Part shown: positions 13,051 through 26,339 of the stretch, one piece after another | How the letters are laid out: every line of letters begins with the position of its first letter | How positions within the stretch are numbered: the stretch's first letter is position 1 | Assembly (NCBI RefSeq): GCF_031769215.1 | Contig: NW_026782097.1 | Coordinates: 434,001 to 498,000 of the forward strand | Direction of reading: 5' to 3' | Origin: Ylistrum balloti | Lineage: Eukaryota | DNA length: 64,000 bases | The notes under the pieces: model-generated | What the model saw: only the letters and a program-made list of their open reading frames with translations | Databases searched by the model: none | Told to the model about the DNA's origin: nothing | Translations under genes and position numbers: made by a program

Positions 13051-14465
13051 GTTTACCTCTAAGATGGTCTGCAACAATATTTGATATGACTATGGTTACA
13101 CATGTATACGACTTGCGTATGTATATTTCTGTATATATATATTACTGATCATAAAATGATTGTCTTTATCATGAAAATGAAAGATATAACTATATGTAGA
13201 CATACATATTCTTTATTTAATAACGATCAGGTTAGGAATGAAATACGCATGTTATTTTGTCTAAACAATCAAATATATGTCATGTTTTAATCACAACTCG
13301 TGATTGCTCACTCGTCAGGTATATTGAAGTTATTATATGTTTAGATGTCTATTTTCTATATTCTATTTATTTCATTGAAACTTTTTTTTAAAGACAAAAT
13401 CAATCGTGTTTCCCATGTCTTCTTAAACACAGGTAAAGTATCAAGCTGTCCATACCGCATTTTTCAAAAAAAAATTATGAAATAGATATTAGTGTGTTTA
13501 CACCATTTTTTTATGGTATATTACTTGACCATAAGTTTTCCAAAATATGATTTAAATGCTATAGTCTACTTGTGTTACCTTATCTTGATATATAATCACT
13601 TTTTCTTAGAGACGAGTACAACTGTGACAAAGTTACACCAAATTGATCAGTATAATAATTTTGTTTTCCCTTCTGTGAAATTTCCATTTCTTTATGGTAA
13701 CATTCATACTGTCCTCGCATGAAGTGTTCACCTTCCGCAGTGAATTTGATATTCATGGAAGTGTTGCCAATATCAAGAAAACTGTTAAAGATGTCGTCAG
13801 CTGACATACATAATTATAAGGATTTCAAAAGATTCATTTTGATGAACACTTTAAGGGTCGCTACCACCACCTCACTGAAAAACATTATTTTTCTTTGTGG
13901 GATATGAAGTTAGATTACTTTGATGCGCATTGGAAGTTTCCTTGTTTTGAACATGATCCAGGTAAACTTCGTCTACAAAGCAGACACATGAAATTTCGGA
14001 ACAGCTGGTCTTATTCTTCTAGTTCGCATTCAAATGGTCCTGTTTTATTGTTTCTCCCTTTTCCTATTCATCCCTTGTTTCTTTGCGTTTTAGATTAAAA
14101 CAGTATTTTTAATCTTTAATTTTATTTTTTAGATCGAAATTCTAAAATTGCCAGTTGATAATGAATCCAGTAGCAAATGTATATCCCTCAATAAGTAATA
14201 CCTTTATTTTATCAGTTATAAGTTAAATAATACTGTATACAGTACATGTTAATTGTATATCCTTGGGGTTTAATTTCGATCATGATAATTTGTTAGAGCA
14301 CCTCCTATAAATATCAATAGCAAAACCATTATAAAATGTAGGTCGAGAATACGACAAATATAAATCTTTACTGTATGGTTTAATATAATTATATACACTT
14401 GCATTTCTTAAAATCATAATAGTTTTCAACTCAAACCTTTCGTAATATACTGTTTGCACACATAC

Positions 14466-14558
14466 CTTACTCAACGGTAGTTCGATGGTGACTCTCCACA
14501 GCTTTTGTTGAAGTTCAAGCAATGGTTGTTGATATTAGATCCGATGTCCTTTTATATA
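14466..14558 (-). promoter_or_regulatory. Candidate TATA box and non-coding exon 1 of gene A
   Basis: TATATAAA at complement 14551-14558. The exon ends GAGTAAG|GTATGT at 14466 and contains GTCACCATCGAA, similar to GTCGTCATCGAA in exon 1 of the GY paralogs. Confidence 0.5.
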
Positions 14559-17532
14559 CTGAACATATGAGGAAGAAAGGTTAAATTTTCCAAATATAAT
14601 AAATATCCATATCTATCTTATGTACGTCACAATCGTACCAGTGAGAAAAGGAAATTCCCGTTCTGAAATAATTCAAACTACGACGGTGAATTACGTATAC
14701 AAGTAAACGACGCCTAAGAGTGACAGACAAACTTTAATGATTGATAGTATTTTCACAGCTATCGTTTACGTTGATCGATTAACTGAAACTCAATAATAGG
14801 TGGGCGCGTATAAAATATGTATGCTAATTAGAACTACTGTTATTTTGTAAGATTAAGTGTTTTCTTTTAACCAATCAGGTTTATTTCCTCGAACTTGATT
14901 ACGATCACGTACATCTATTTTTACCTAATTATACTTATTGCTGATGTAAGATGCGTTCAGATGTTATCATCGATAGCCCAGTCGGTTAGAAAGAAAAATG
15001 ACCTAGGTAACCTCGGGTGAAGTTCCATCCTAAGTACAAGTATATGTGGTTGTACGCTTCCTCTCAGTAGCAGTCTGTGTTTCTCAGAAAGCTATTAAGC
15101 TGTATTTCCTTGTTGTTTTCTCAATATAACGTCTTCCTATATCTTAAGTAAAAATGACCCTCCATAGTGAGTAGTTTTTTAAAATCTAGGTTATCGATCA
15201 AACATTATTTATTTTAAGGATGAATTGAAATACTATTTGTAGGCAAAGTTTATACTTGCCCTAACACATATTTCATAAGTAAATCCTGTTGTGCGATTTT
15301 GAAATCAGGTCACGACATACATGTTGTAAACTTGTACTAATTGTGCAAAAACCACACAAGAGAATAAGAGAAATTTAAAGTTGGATGCAGTAGAGCTAAA
15401 CTCAATGATACCACGGGCGTAAATCATGAAGCCTAGGAGGCAACTCACACTAACATGTGTCTTTAAGAAAAATACACCGACAAGATTAAATCAATCAAGA
15501 GAATCCCTCGCATAATGTTCTCTTTTAAGCCTCTATCTGCCAAACTTTTCTACGGAATTAATGAGAATTGTGCAAACTAAATTATGACAGGAAATTTTCG
15601 ATAGTTTGAACAGCGTTTGTAAACTTTGCAAACCGAAAATCTTTTTGCTTCTTCAGATGAATTATATTCGGCAAAACTGACAAACTGTTAATACGTGTAA
15701 TCACTTGTTAGTTCTGGAATACTAATCCCGCCAGCTCATTGGTGGTTAGAACCATTGTGTTTACCTTGAAAGTTTTTAGTGTGACAATATAAGTTTTATG
15801 AACATTGGTATATATATTGATATATTTCGAAAAATGGTGATTTCCAAACGTCCAAATGACACAGAACCGGTTATTGATTGCGGATTGCAGTACATCAGCT
15901 AAGCGGTTGATCCAAAACCTAAAGGACTCTTTGCATGGTGGGAGCTGGAGGTCGCACACCCCTGATCACACCTAGATACTTGTGGCACCTTTTACTTTTA
16001 TCAAATTAGATAAACCTTGTACCTAATTACAAAACAGCCTATAGCATTATTTAAATCTGTTAAAAGATCAAATTTCAGCATTTTCATCTGGCGTCTATTT
16101 AGGAGATTTTTAGTAAATTATACCAACAATTTTTCTACTGTTGTAGCATAAATATTATGATTAACTATTTGTTTTTATGTAAAGTTTTCTGTTTGAATTA
16201 GGACAGGAGATATGTTGGCATACTTGAAACAAAAAATATATTAGTAGTAGGACTAAACTGGATATTGATTGAGATAGGTCCTTAGTTAGATCAAATATAC
16301 TGATTTATGTTACAAAACAAATACACAAACAACTACAATGAAAGTAACACTACTATCAGGAACGTTTAGTTGAATTAATAACCAGGTTAATAATTATATA
16401 ACTGAAATCACACACCATGCATCAATACAAGTAACTGTTCACATCAATGCAATCTATGGATCAATAACATATGAAATTGATGCAATTGTGTGTTTGCAAC
16501 AGATGTATATGGCATGAGGCGAAATATAGTTTGAATTTTAAACACGTCAGGATTCTGTCCCTTTCTCTGATTAGTGGTACGTTGCTACTGAGAGATAACG
16601 ATATACAATTTATATTGACAGTCCATTTTTTATCCTAACGAAGTAATATCCTCCAAATTTCATTACTGGTTCATTACCGAATCAAATGGAATACTGAATA
16701 ATAAATGTAATTTTTTTCTGGGGTATTAAAAGATATTCAATATGATAACGTGGAGTCCCAAAATTCCCCATTGTTGAAATTAGCAAAACATATGAAATTC
16801 TATCCATATTTATGATAAAGAAAATATGGGGGAAAAAATGAAACATGTCATTATTTACTTTCTTCTGCAATAGATGTTTGAGTTGATTAAAGAAAACTTT
16901 ATTGCTGTATCTTATAAACTTTTGAAAATGATTATTGGTGATGATCTTAGGAATTTAGTCCATAGTAAACACGTGTGTATCTTAAAATATCCATAAAGGG
17001 CATAGGTAATGATTTTCAATCGTTTTATATATTTCATTTCAGGTTAATATGAAGCTCTGTTGTAATATGGAACACGTCGCCTCTCACCACCCATACGTAA
17101 GCGACCTAAGGGATACGCCACCTAACTGAATGTTCTCACGTACATATCTTCTGATTGATAACGAGGCTCACTGACTAAATAATCCCATGAAACGTTTGAT
17201 CATTTTTTTAAAACCAAATTCGTGTCCTATGTCTTTTAAGATAAATAATATGTATTTTCATTTTGCGATTTAAATATATCCTCATTTCACATTTTGTCAT
17301 CTAATAGCATTGCCCTCTGATGTTGACGTCTTTCGTTTTTTCCAGCATCCCAGCATCTACAGTGACAGGAATCCAGAAAAATAGAGACTTCCCAATGAAA
17401 CATTCCCCCTATTAATGGCTCCGTTTGACATGAAGACATAGTGGATGACACAGAAGCCGTCCATCTATCTAGGCCACTCAGGTTTGTACTCTGTATTTTT
17501 GACATGTAAACATATAAAGTTTCCTTTACTTA

Positions 17533-17609
17533 TACAGCCGAACCTTGTTGTCTTGAATTGGTATAACTCGAAGACCCCGCAGAGTTCGAGATAAGGAGGT
17601 TCAACTGTA
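17533..17609. mobile_element. 73-bp MITE with Tc1/mariner-type ends and TA target duplication
   Basis: TA|cagccgaaccttgttgtcttgaa...ttcgagataaggaggttcaactg|TA. Related termini occur at 33902 and 47640-47660. Confidence 0.7.
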
Positions 17610-17978
17610 TTTTAGTGAATTGTTAGTTGGAATTGCATTTTTTTAATTATCTTGTTGGCTCTCTTTCAATAACAAAAACATTATTCAAGCATTTAGTGAG
17701 AAACACAAATACATGTTCTTGTAAAAGGAAAGTTATTAGTCCTAGGACAATATATAAATAAGACATTTGTCTTTATATTTATTACACATTTCAATTTGTT
17801 TATCTTTTATAATTAGTAAAGAGGCACCTATCGTACAACACGGAGATACACTTCCATATGTGTATGTTTGTCGTTTAAAAATCATATCTCTCGCAAAACG
17901 TATATGGTAACATTAGGAGTACGTTCAATAATAAACCAATTGTAACGCTCTGGTAGACTTTATTAATGTTTTATCTAA

Positions 17979-18409
17979 CTAGTTATAAGATCTAACTGGT
18001 GCTTCAGGCCTAACTCCACGTCTGTTTGCCCACTGACTTCCTCTGGTGTCTCTCCAACTATCATCCCTTCTGTCTGTCCATCCACTGCTACCCTGTCTCC
18101 AGCGACGATCTACACGTCCTGTCACAAAGTCATCGTTAATCCTAGGGCCCACATTTCGTCCTCTAAAGCGACTCGCACTGTCTGAGCCGACTCCTCGACC
18201 TGTCACTAAATCGCCAAACCCAAAACCTGTTCCTCTTTCTCCAAATACACCTGCTCTTTTTTGGCCTGATACCTGACCACCAAACACAGCATCTCCTCTG
18301 CGTCCAGAAACCAGACCGGCAAAGGCGGACCCTTCTGCACGTCTGCCGAAAAATCCACCTCCATCACGTAGCGGACCAGTGGTTGCCACCCCGCCAACAT
18401 TCTCTGGGC
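17979..18409 (-). CDS. Gene B terminal exon: Gly/Arg/Trp-rich low-complexity protein with an RGD motif; 5' exon(s) unresolved
   Basis: Acceptor tttgtatag| at 18409 (phase 1), open to TAG at 17979: GPENVGGVATTGPLRDGGGFFGRR..SGRRGDAVFGG..VDRRWRQGSSGWTDRRDDSW..PVRSYN. It is a GC-rich island in AT-rich DNA, with AATAAA ~15 nt after the stop (complement 17959-17964). Confidence 0.75.
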
Positions 18410-21369
18410 CTATACAAATGATAAGATATCAATCGTCATACATTGCATTATCAATGTGTTTGTAACTATCTAAATAGGTTTTGTTGTATCACCATTTTAA
18501 TACATGTACATCGTTTAACGATAACATTTCAATTACATTTTTACTTTTAATTGAAACAGCAATAACAACTATCACCTCTCTGCTTAGTGCTAAGGAGTAT
18601 GGAACACACCTGTCATAATAAGTGTGTTAGTAATGCGTTTAGTTAAGATTAACAATGTGCTAACGTCATTTGATTGATAAAGACAAATTAATATTTCCTT
18701 GTGAACGTACCACGGCCTTTATAAATTGAAAACGTCGTGTTTCTGAGAGAATGATTAGATATCTCAGAAGACATTAGAACGTCACGATTTAACCAATGGT
18801 TTACTGTTTAATATTGTATTGTATGACAGAATATATCCACAGATTCTTCATGGTTTGAATGTAAATGAGAGAAAGCTAGAAATGTACATGGGAATTATTC
18901 GATGAAAACCCACTTTATTCCACCTTTGATTTCCTTGCGTCCGAACTGGAAAGTCGGTGAATTTGAATGCAGCGACAAGAAACCGTCGCTCTGATTGGTC
19001 AAAACGCCATATCATTATTGACGATGTATGGTTTCCTCAATGATGATCAAAGGATTAATAAATCACTATATTTCACTGGCAAGCAAAATATGATAAAACA
19101 TTTTTCTGATAGATGTGGTACTACTGATTATATCTGAAGCCTAGGATAGATATGGTTCATAAGCCCTTTCACTGATTCGATGTAGGATCGATATCGGTTC
19201 TGTAATATATTCATCACGTTGTATTCTTCTTACAGGTATGGGGAAATACAAAAAACACATTTCGTCAATAACCAATCAGTATCGACAATTGGAAAACATC
19301 CATATTATACCTGTCACAACACCGTCATTATGAATCAGATTACAGAATGAATGTTAGGAGTTTGACCTAGCTTTTATGTTATATGAACTTCCGGTAACAT
19401 CAGAGATTTGTCCAAAGTGACAACAACGCGTGAAATTTTCCGAAACGGCTAACCAGACAGACTGCTAGCTTGACAAGTCACACTGGATGAACTTTTGATA
19501 ACCTGACATGATGTATACTGTAACACAAGGTAACGCAAAGCACGTGGACAAAGACTAGCGAATATATCCTCAATATGATGTCACGCTCACCATATCATAT
19601 CTTCAAAATATCATATTCTAAATTGGAATTAATAAATTTAAGATGAATAATACATTATGAAACGATATTTTCCCAACTTCATGAGTAGTTTAAATACTGT
19701 CACTTTATTCCCGATAAAAAAGTCATATTTATCAGCCATGAAAAAAACGGTAAAACCCCGGTTTCAATGTGTTTCTAAAAGTAGATTCATGACATGATGA
19801 AAAGTGCATCGTCAACATTACACTGCTTACAAAACATTGGTATTTATTTTGCAATTATGAAGAAATTTTTAATTAGAAAACTCCTTATAGTACGTCTTTC
19901 CATGAGACGCAAATCAAACTATGATATGAACATATGCCTCTGAGTAAAAGCCAGTCTTCCAAATTTATTACATATTAAGGTGATTTGGAATGGATTTTCC
20001 TCTTAAATTATTATCTTGCCTTCTTTGCCTTGTTCTTGCCAAGACAGCTGCAAGTACACATACAATACGCAGTATATAACATTGATCATCCGGTGGTATG
20101 TTAATATTGTCTACACAATGTTTGGATCTCACCGTAGGATGGACGTAGGTAGGAGTTACACAAAACACATGATATCAGACAGGCGCTTGTAAACAGCAAC
20201 TGTATCATAGTGATGATCTGGGGAAAACTGAAATTATGCAAATCAAAAGTAATTATGCAATCAATAATGTGTCATTATCATTATGTTTACATGCCTTATT
20301 GTTAAAAAGATACCAACATGCTAACTTGAGCACAGTCCAAACTCAAATTCAATCAAACTAGTGTAAAATATGAACAGAAGAAAATTTTACACGAAGATTC
20401 TTGAAAACTACAAGCTGAATAAGACAAGGTGTTTCGGAAGGGTAAGCGTACTATTAATTCAAACCATACAGGTGCATTTATTGAGATAATTTATTTAAAT
20501 AATCTACTCCAATTACATGTATTCTTGTGATGGGAACGCCTATACAAAATGATCTGTTCCAAGAACAGGTATACATTTTACCCATGTAAGGATATACCTA
20601 AATAACCATCTACTTCAAACGGAAACAGGTAGGTATTGATTTACTTACTTTGACGACTTAAAGATACGAAATCCACTCCAGGTAAAACATCTGTTTTTGA
20701 ATCGGATTTGAGACATATTTATATCTATCCTATACCGGAAACTACTGTAATTATCGTTTAGTAAAATTAAGTATAAGGATATTTTCTTAAAGATACGATT
20801 GGATAAGATAGATATGTAATTAAATCAGAAATATGCGTCACTGCATGTGAAGACTTGAAAGCTACAACTTGTGGTCTAACCTCAAACAGACCGCGAAGGA
20901 AATGTTATAATTTAATAAATGGAGGTCTTCTTGCACTGGTCAGTGTTATAAATTGTGACATCATGTGTTGTCAGCATTACATTGATTCCTTTCAAATCCT
21001 TTTTATTTAATCACAGACGTGTTCTTTTGTTTTGCGGGTCCTTTGTGGTATAAATGTGTGTAGATTGCGTATCTTAATTGTGTATGCAAAATATTTGTGG
21101 CGATTTTTCAACTGAAATTTGATTCTTAATATCATTTCGAAAAGTCTTATTACAATTTTGGACTATAAGACAAATGATCAGTCACGATTTAGGTGAAATT
21201 ATAGTTACTTCATATACAAGACATCGTCAACTGATAGACAAATTCGTAACACAGAGTTTCAAACTATTCAGGTTAATCAAACATTTTGTGAAATTGTACG
21301 AACGTCTAAGTGATCTCATCGGGAAATATTCAATTTCCTTATACGATTTTAAGCTATATGTGTTTGATG

Positions 21370-21620
21370 TCCGTTAGTTTTCCTGTTGGTTTCGTTTTTG
21401 TATACCGTGTCCTCGTTTGAGACTGTGACTTTACTTTCTGGGATTGTCAAAGATTTACGGGTCATCGATAAAGCAGAAGATGCTTACGCTTTCGGAACAC
21501 CTGGTCTTATTCTCCCTGTACTTTTTTTCTGGAGTCTCCTCGTAAATCTTTCTTTTATCATATTTTGTCCTAGTTAAAATGAATTCTAGGTTGGATTGTG
21601 ATTGTCTTGACATGTTGCTT
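21370..21620. mobile_element. Short fragment of the terminal repeat of a Penelope-like element
   Basis: The gatgcttacgctttcggaacacctggtcttattctccc motif matches, in reverse, 26385-26435 at the end of the PLE remnant, and also 20418-20450. Confidence 0.4.
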
Positions 21621-21631
21621 TTCAATAGCTG

Positions 21632-21634
<3 letters not shown>

Positions 21635-21692
<58 letters not shown>
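21635..21692. repeat. (TC)n microsatellite, 29 units
   Basis: Pure TC run; produces the ERERE ORF 21455-21694. Confidence 0.98.
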
Positions 21693-21701
<9 letters not shown>

Positions 21702-22933
21702 CGCCGAATACTTCATGAAAAGGGAATACACCATGTTATACAGAATACTTAAAAGAGGATGATGAGATATAGAATAAGAATAATAAGGTTATCAGTTGTG
21801 AATTGAGCTACCAACACTTTTAGTATGGAAATCAACAGAAATATGAATGATTCTGAAAAAGTTCAACCCGTTTATGCCACACAATATTCATTCGTCAAAA
21901 CAACAGCCTTCAAACATAGCAGTTATGATGACAAATGATCGATGTGCAATATGTCACCGAGTTAATGGCGAGGTGACCAAGGACACATGAGGCCGTAAAA
22001 ACAACAATATACATATGAAAAGAGTAGGGGAAATAAACAATGATATACACAGGTTTGTACATCATAATCAACAGCATACATTAGTGCCATAGATGGCTTT
22101 GTAAGTAACAGAAAGTAGCCAGAACTAGGTTTTACTATGTTAATTATATAGTAGTTGCGTAATAGCATTGTGTCATATCATTACCAAACCAGAATTGTCA
22201 TCAAAGGAATGAAACAAAAAAAACATAAACCAAACAACATGGTACCCCAAGTAAATAACCAGCAGAAATGTCAATATAGATTTAGTGATCGTACAATGTA
22301 GATATTCATGATTGTACTACCACAGCAGAGTACGGTACAGTTATCAAACCGACAGGGCCTTTAAGCTCTACTCAGCGAGCTGTAATTAGGTATAAGATAT
22401 ATCTGAACGACCTACGGATTTTGATTCGGCTTTCCTTTGTTACATATATGTATATATATGTACGATGGTCTACAACCTCTTGCTGAATTAACGGATATAT
22501 CTGTATAATTTATATGATGTTGGTGACGTGATAAAGGGACAAATTGCCTCGAAAATTTGATAATTGACTTATCCGTGCTGGCAATATTATTTCACTGATT
22601 TACTGTTCAAATGTATAATCGAGATGAAATGTACTCATCGAAACGGCACACACGAATTTTGAAACTTCCGATTTATTAAAACATCTATTCACATATTTTC
22701 TATACACTCAAATGTACCACGCTGAGAAAAAACGATCGATGAAATTGTGTTGTTCTGATAAGGGTTTGGCAGCTCTTACAATTGATTTATATTAGGGATA
22801 ATGTAAAATCATTAGAATTGTGATATCTACTAACAAAGGAGTCACAACAATTATCACGTCAGTACCTTTCTATCATTATCTCCGTACTGCTTAGTTATCG
22901 CAGTTAAATACTACTTAAGTGGTAGTCACTGAA

Positions 22934-23884
22934 TAAACAATCTCAGACATGTCAGGTAAACTATCTCAGGTGTCAGGTAAACTATCTTAGGTGTCAGGTA
23001 AACAATCTCAGGTGTCAGGTAAACAATCTCAGGTGTCAGTTAAACAATCTCAGGTGTCAGGTAAACTATCTTAGGTGTCAGGTAAACAATCTCAGGTGTC
23101 AGGTAAACAATATCAGGTGTCAGGTAAACAATCTCAGACGTGCCAGGTAAACAATCTCAGACGTGTCAGGTAAACAATCTCAGGTGTCAGGTAAACAATC
23201 TCAGACGTGCCAGGTAAACAATCTCAGACGTGTCAGGTAAACAATCTCAGGTGTCAGGTAAACAATCTCAGGTGTCAGGTGTACAATCTCAGACGTGTCA
23301 GGTAAACAATCTCAGGTGTCAGGTAAACAATCTCAGGTGTCAGGTAAACAATCTCAGACGTGTCAGGTAAACAATTTCAGGTGTCAAGTAAACAATCTCG
23401 GATGTCAGGTAAACAATCTCAGGTGTCAGGTAAACAATCTCAGGTGTCAGGTAAACAATCTCAGGTGTCAGGTAAACAATCTCCGATATGTCAGATAAAC
23501 AATCTCAGGTGTCAGGTAAACAATCTCAGACGTGTCAGGTAAACAATCTTAGGTATCAGGTAAATAATCTCAGACGTGCCAGGTAAACAATCTCAGACGT
23601 GTCAGGTAAACAATCTCAGACGTGCCATGTAAACAATCTCAGGTGTCAGGTAAACAATCTCAGACGTGTCAGGTAAACAATCTCAGGTGCCAGGTAAACA
23701 ATCTCAGACGTGTCAGGTAAACAATCTCAGACGTGTCAGGTAAACAATCTTAGACGTGCCAGGTAAACAATCTTAGACGTGCCAGGTAAACAATCTCAGA
23801 CGTGTCAGGTAAACAATCTCAGACGTGCCAGGATAACAATCTTAGACGTGCCAGGTAAACAATCTCAGACGTGTCAGGTAAACA
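22934..23884. repeat. Minisatellite of interspersed 21-bp and 23-bp units, ~44 copies
   Basis: Units aggtaaacaatctcaggtgtc (21) and aggtaaacaatctcagacgtgtc (23); the 21-mers dominate on the left and the 23-mers on the right. Confidence 0.95.
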
Positions 23885-23898
23885 GAGGTTCCACAACA

Positions 23899-24983
23899 AG
23901 AGGTTCAATATGATTTACAGGGACGAGGACAGAGTCCGAGTCTCCAATACATTACTTACCCTCTATGGTTCTGCAGAGGTTCAGTATAATTTACAGAGAC
24001 GAGGACGGACCCCGAGCCTCCTATACATTACTGTCCCTCTATGGTTCTATAGAGGTTCAGTATAATTTACAGGGACGAGGACGGACCCCGAGCCTCCAAT
24101 ACATTACTTACCCTCTATGGTTCTATAGAGGTTCAGTATAATTTACAGGGACGAGGACGGACCCCGAGCCTCCTATACATTACTGTCCCTCTATGGTTCT
24201 ATAGAGGTTCAGTATAATTTACGGGGACGAGGACAGAGCCCGAGCATCCAGTACATTACTGTCCCTCTATGGTTCTATAGAGGTTCAGTATAATTTACGG
24301 GGACGAGGACAGAGCCCGAGCCTCCAGTACATTAGTGTCCCTCTATGGTTCTATAGAGGTTCAGTATAATTTACAGGGACTAGGACAAAGCCCGAGCATC
24401 CAGTATATTACTGTCCCTCTATGGTTCTATAGAGGTTCAGTATCATTTACAGGGAAGAGGGCAGAACCCGAGTCTCCAATACATTACTGTCCCTCTATGG
24501 TTCTATAGAGGTTCAGTATAATTTACAGGGACGAGGACAGAACCCGAGTCTCCAATACATTACTGTCCCTCTATGGTTCTATAGAGGTTCAGTATAATTT
24601 ACAGGGACGAGGACAGAGTCCGAGCCTCCTATACATTACTGTCCCTCTATGGTTCTATAGAGGTTCAGTATAATTTACAGGGACGAGGACAGAGCCCGAG
24701 TCTCCAATACATTACTGTCCCTCTATGGTTCTATAGAGGTTCAGTATAATTTACGGGGACGAGGACAGCCCGAGCCTCCAGTACATTACTGTCCCTCTAT
24801 GGTTCTATAGAGGTCCAGTATAATTTACAGGGACGAAGACAGACCCCGAGCCTCCTATAGAGGTTCAGTATAATTTACAGGGACGAGGACAGACCCCGAG
24901 CATCCAATACATTACTGTCCCTCTATGGTTCTGTAGAGGTTCAGTATAATTTACGGGGACGAGGACAGACCCCGAGCCTCCTA
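23899..24983. repeat. 76-bp minisatellite, ~14 copies
   Basis: Unit agaggttcagtataatttacagggacgaggacagagcccgagcctccaatacattactgtccctctatggttctat; starts at 24051 and 24127. Confidence 0.95.
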
Positions 24984-25408
24984 AATAATAACGATTTTCT
25001 ACGGTTAGTCATTTTGTGTTGTGGTCATCTTTTGTCGTCTGCCCAAACTTTTCCATTTTTGTTTACAGTCAATGTTGCCCCAATGCTGAAAGACCAATCC
25101 AAGATACCCCAGCTCGGCTTGTTATTTTTTGCGATGTAAGGGGGACAACTCTCATAAAACTGATCCAGTTCAATTTCACAATTTATATTTCACAAGCTTT
25201 TACCTTTTGAAGCGATGGAAATTGGCGCCGCCATTTTGCTCTCTACTGAAACAAACTGGCCCTTTAGAGAAAAGTAGAGGGTCACCTCGTGACGTCTCTA
25301 AACTAATAATAACATGACATGTTTGTGCGAGGTGCGATAGTGCGTATTATTTGTAGAATTGCACAAACTTAAGATATAGTATATAATAAAAAGGAGTTAA
25401 ACTTCGTC

Positions 25409-26216
25409 GCACGACTATACCGTTGTTCAGCAGCGGTGTTACGGACGACTATATCGTTGTTCAGCAGTGATGTTACGGACGACTATATCGTTCTTCAGCA
25501 GTGGTGTTACAGACGACTATATCGTTCTTCAGCAGTGATGTTACGGACGACTATATCGTTGTTCAGCAGTGATGTTACGGACGACTATGTCTTTCTTCAG
25601 CAATGGTGTTACGCACGACTATATCGTTCTTCAGCAGCGGTGTTACGGACGACTATATCGTTGTTCAGCAGTGATGTTACGGACGACTATATCGTTCTTC
25701 AGCAGTGGTGTTACAGACGACTATATCGTTGTTCAGCAGTGATGTTACGGACGACTATGTCTTTCCTCAGCAATGGTGTTACGGACGATTATATCGTTCT
25801 TCAGCAGTGATGTTACGGACGACTATATCGTTCTTGAGCAGTGGTGTTACGGACGACTATATCGTTCTTGAGCAGTGGTGTTACGGACGACTATATCGTT
25901 GTTCAGCAGTGGTGTTACGGACGACTATATCGTCGTTCAGCAGTGATGTTACGGACGACTATATCGTTCTTCAGCAGTGGTGTTACAGACGACTATATCG
26001 TTGTTCAGCAGTGATGTTACGGACGACTATGTCTTTCTTCAGCAATGGTGTTACGGACGATTATATCGTTCTTCAGCAGTGATGTTACGGACGACTATAT
26101 CGTTGTTCAGCAGTGGTGTTACGGACGACTATATCGTTCAGCAGTTTTGTTACGGACGACTATATCGCTGTTCAGCAGTGATGTTACGGACGACTATGTA
26201 TTTCTTCAGCAATGGT
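25409..26216. repeat. 34-bp minisatellite, ~24 copies, with higher-order duplication
   Basis: Unit acggacgactatatcgttcttcagcagtgatgtt; starts at 25441 and 25475. Variant units recur at a 272-bp (8-unit) spacing. Confidence 0.95.
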
Positions 26217-26339
26217 ACAGGTATAGGTTATGTAATTGTCTTTGTTATTCTTTATTGGGACGGACGTGTTTAAATAATACAAATAGTTTCCATTAAAAAA
26301 GACAAGAAAACAGGTGAACAGAATCTTCAAGCTTAAATT

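Noticed and set aside
13580-14060. Degenerate minus-strand coding-like segment (..MSADDIFNSF..EGEHFMRGQY..)
   Set aside because: Probably an old TE fragment, but no diagnostic motif could be assigned.
19968-20168. ORF containing ..VCVLAAVLARTRQRRQD.. as first exon of gene B
   Set aside because: No ATG in a suitable position and no canonical phase-1 GT donor; it would need a GC donor in a different frame.
22934-26216. Possible CRISPR array
   Set aside because: Head-to-tail repeats without unique spacers, eukaryotic context, no cas genes.
23295-26296. Repetitive ORFs such as MSGKQSQV.. and MLRTTISLFSS..
   Set aside because: Translations of the 21/23-bp and 34-bp minisatellites; frames shift with unit length.
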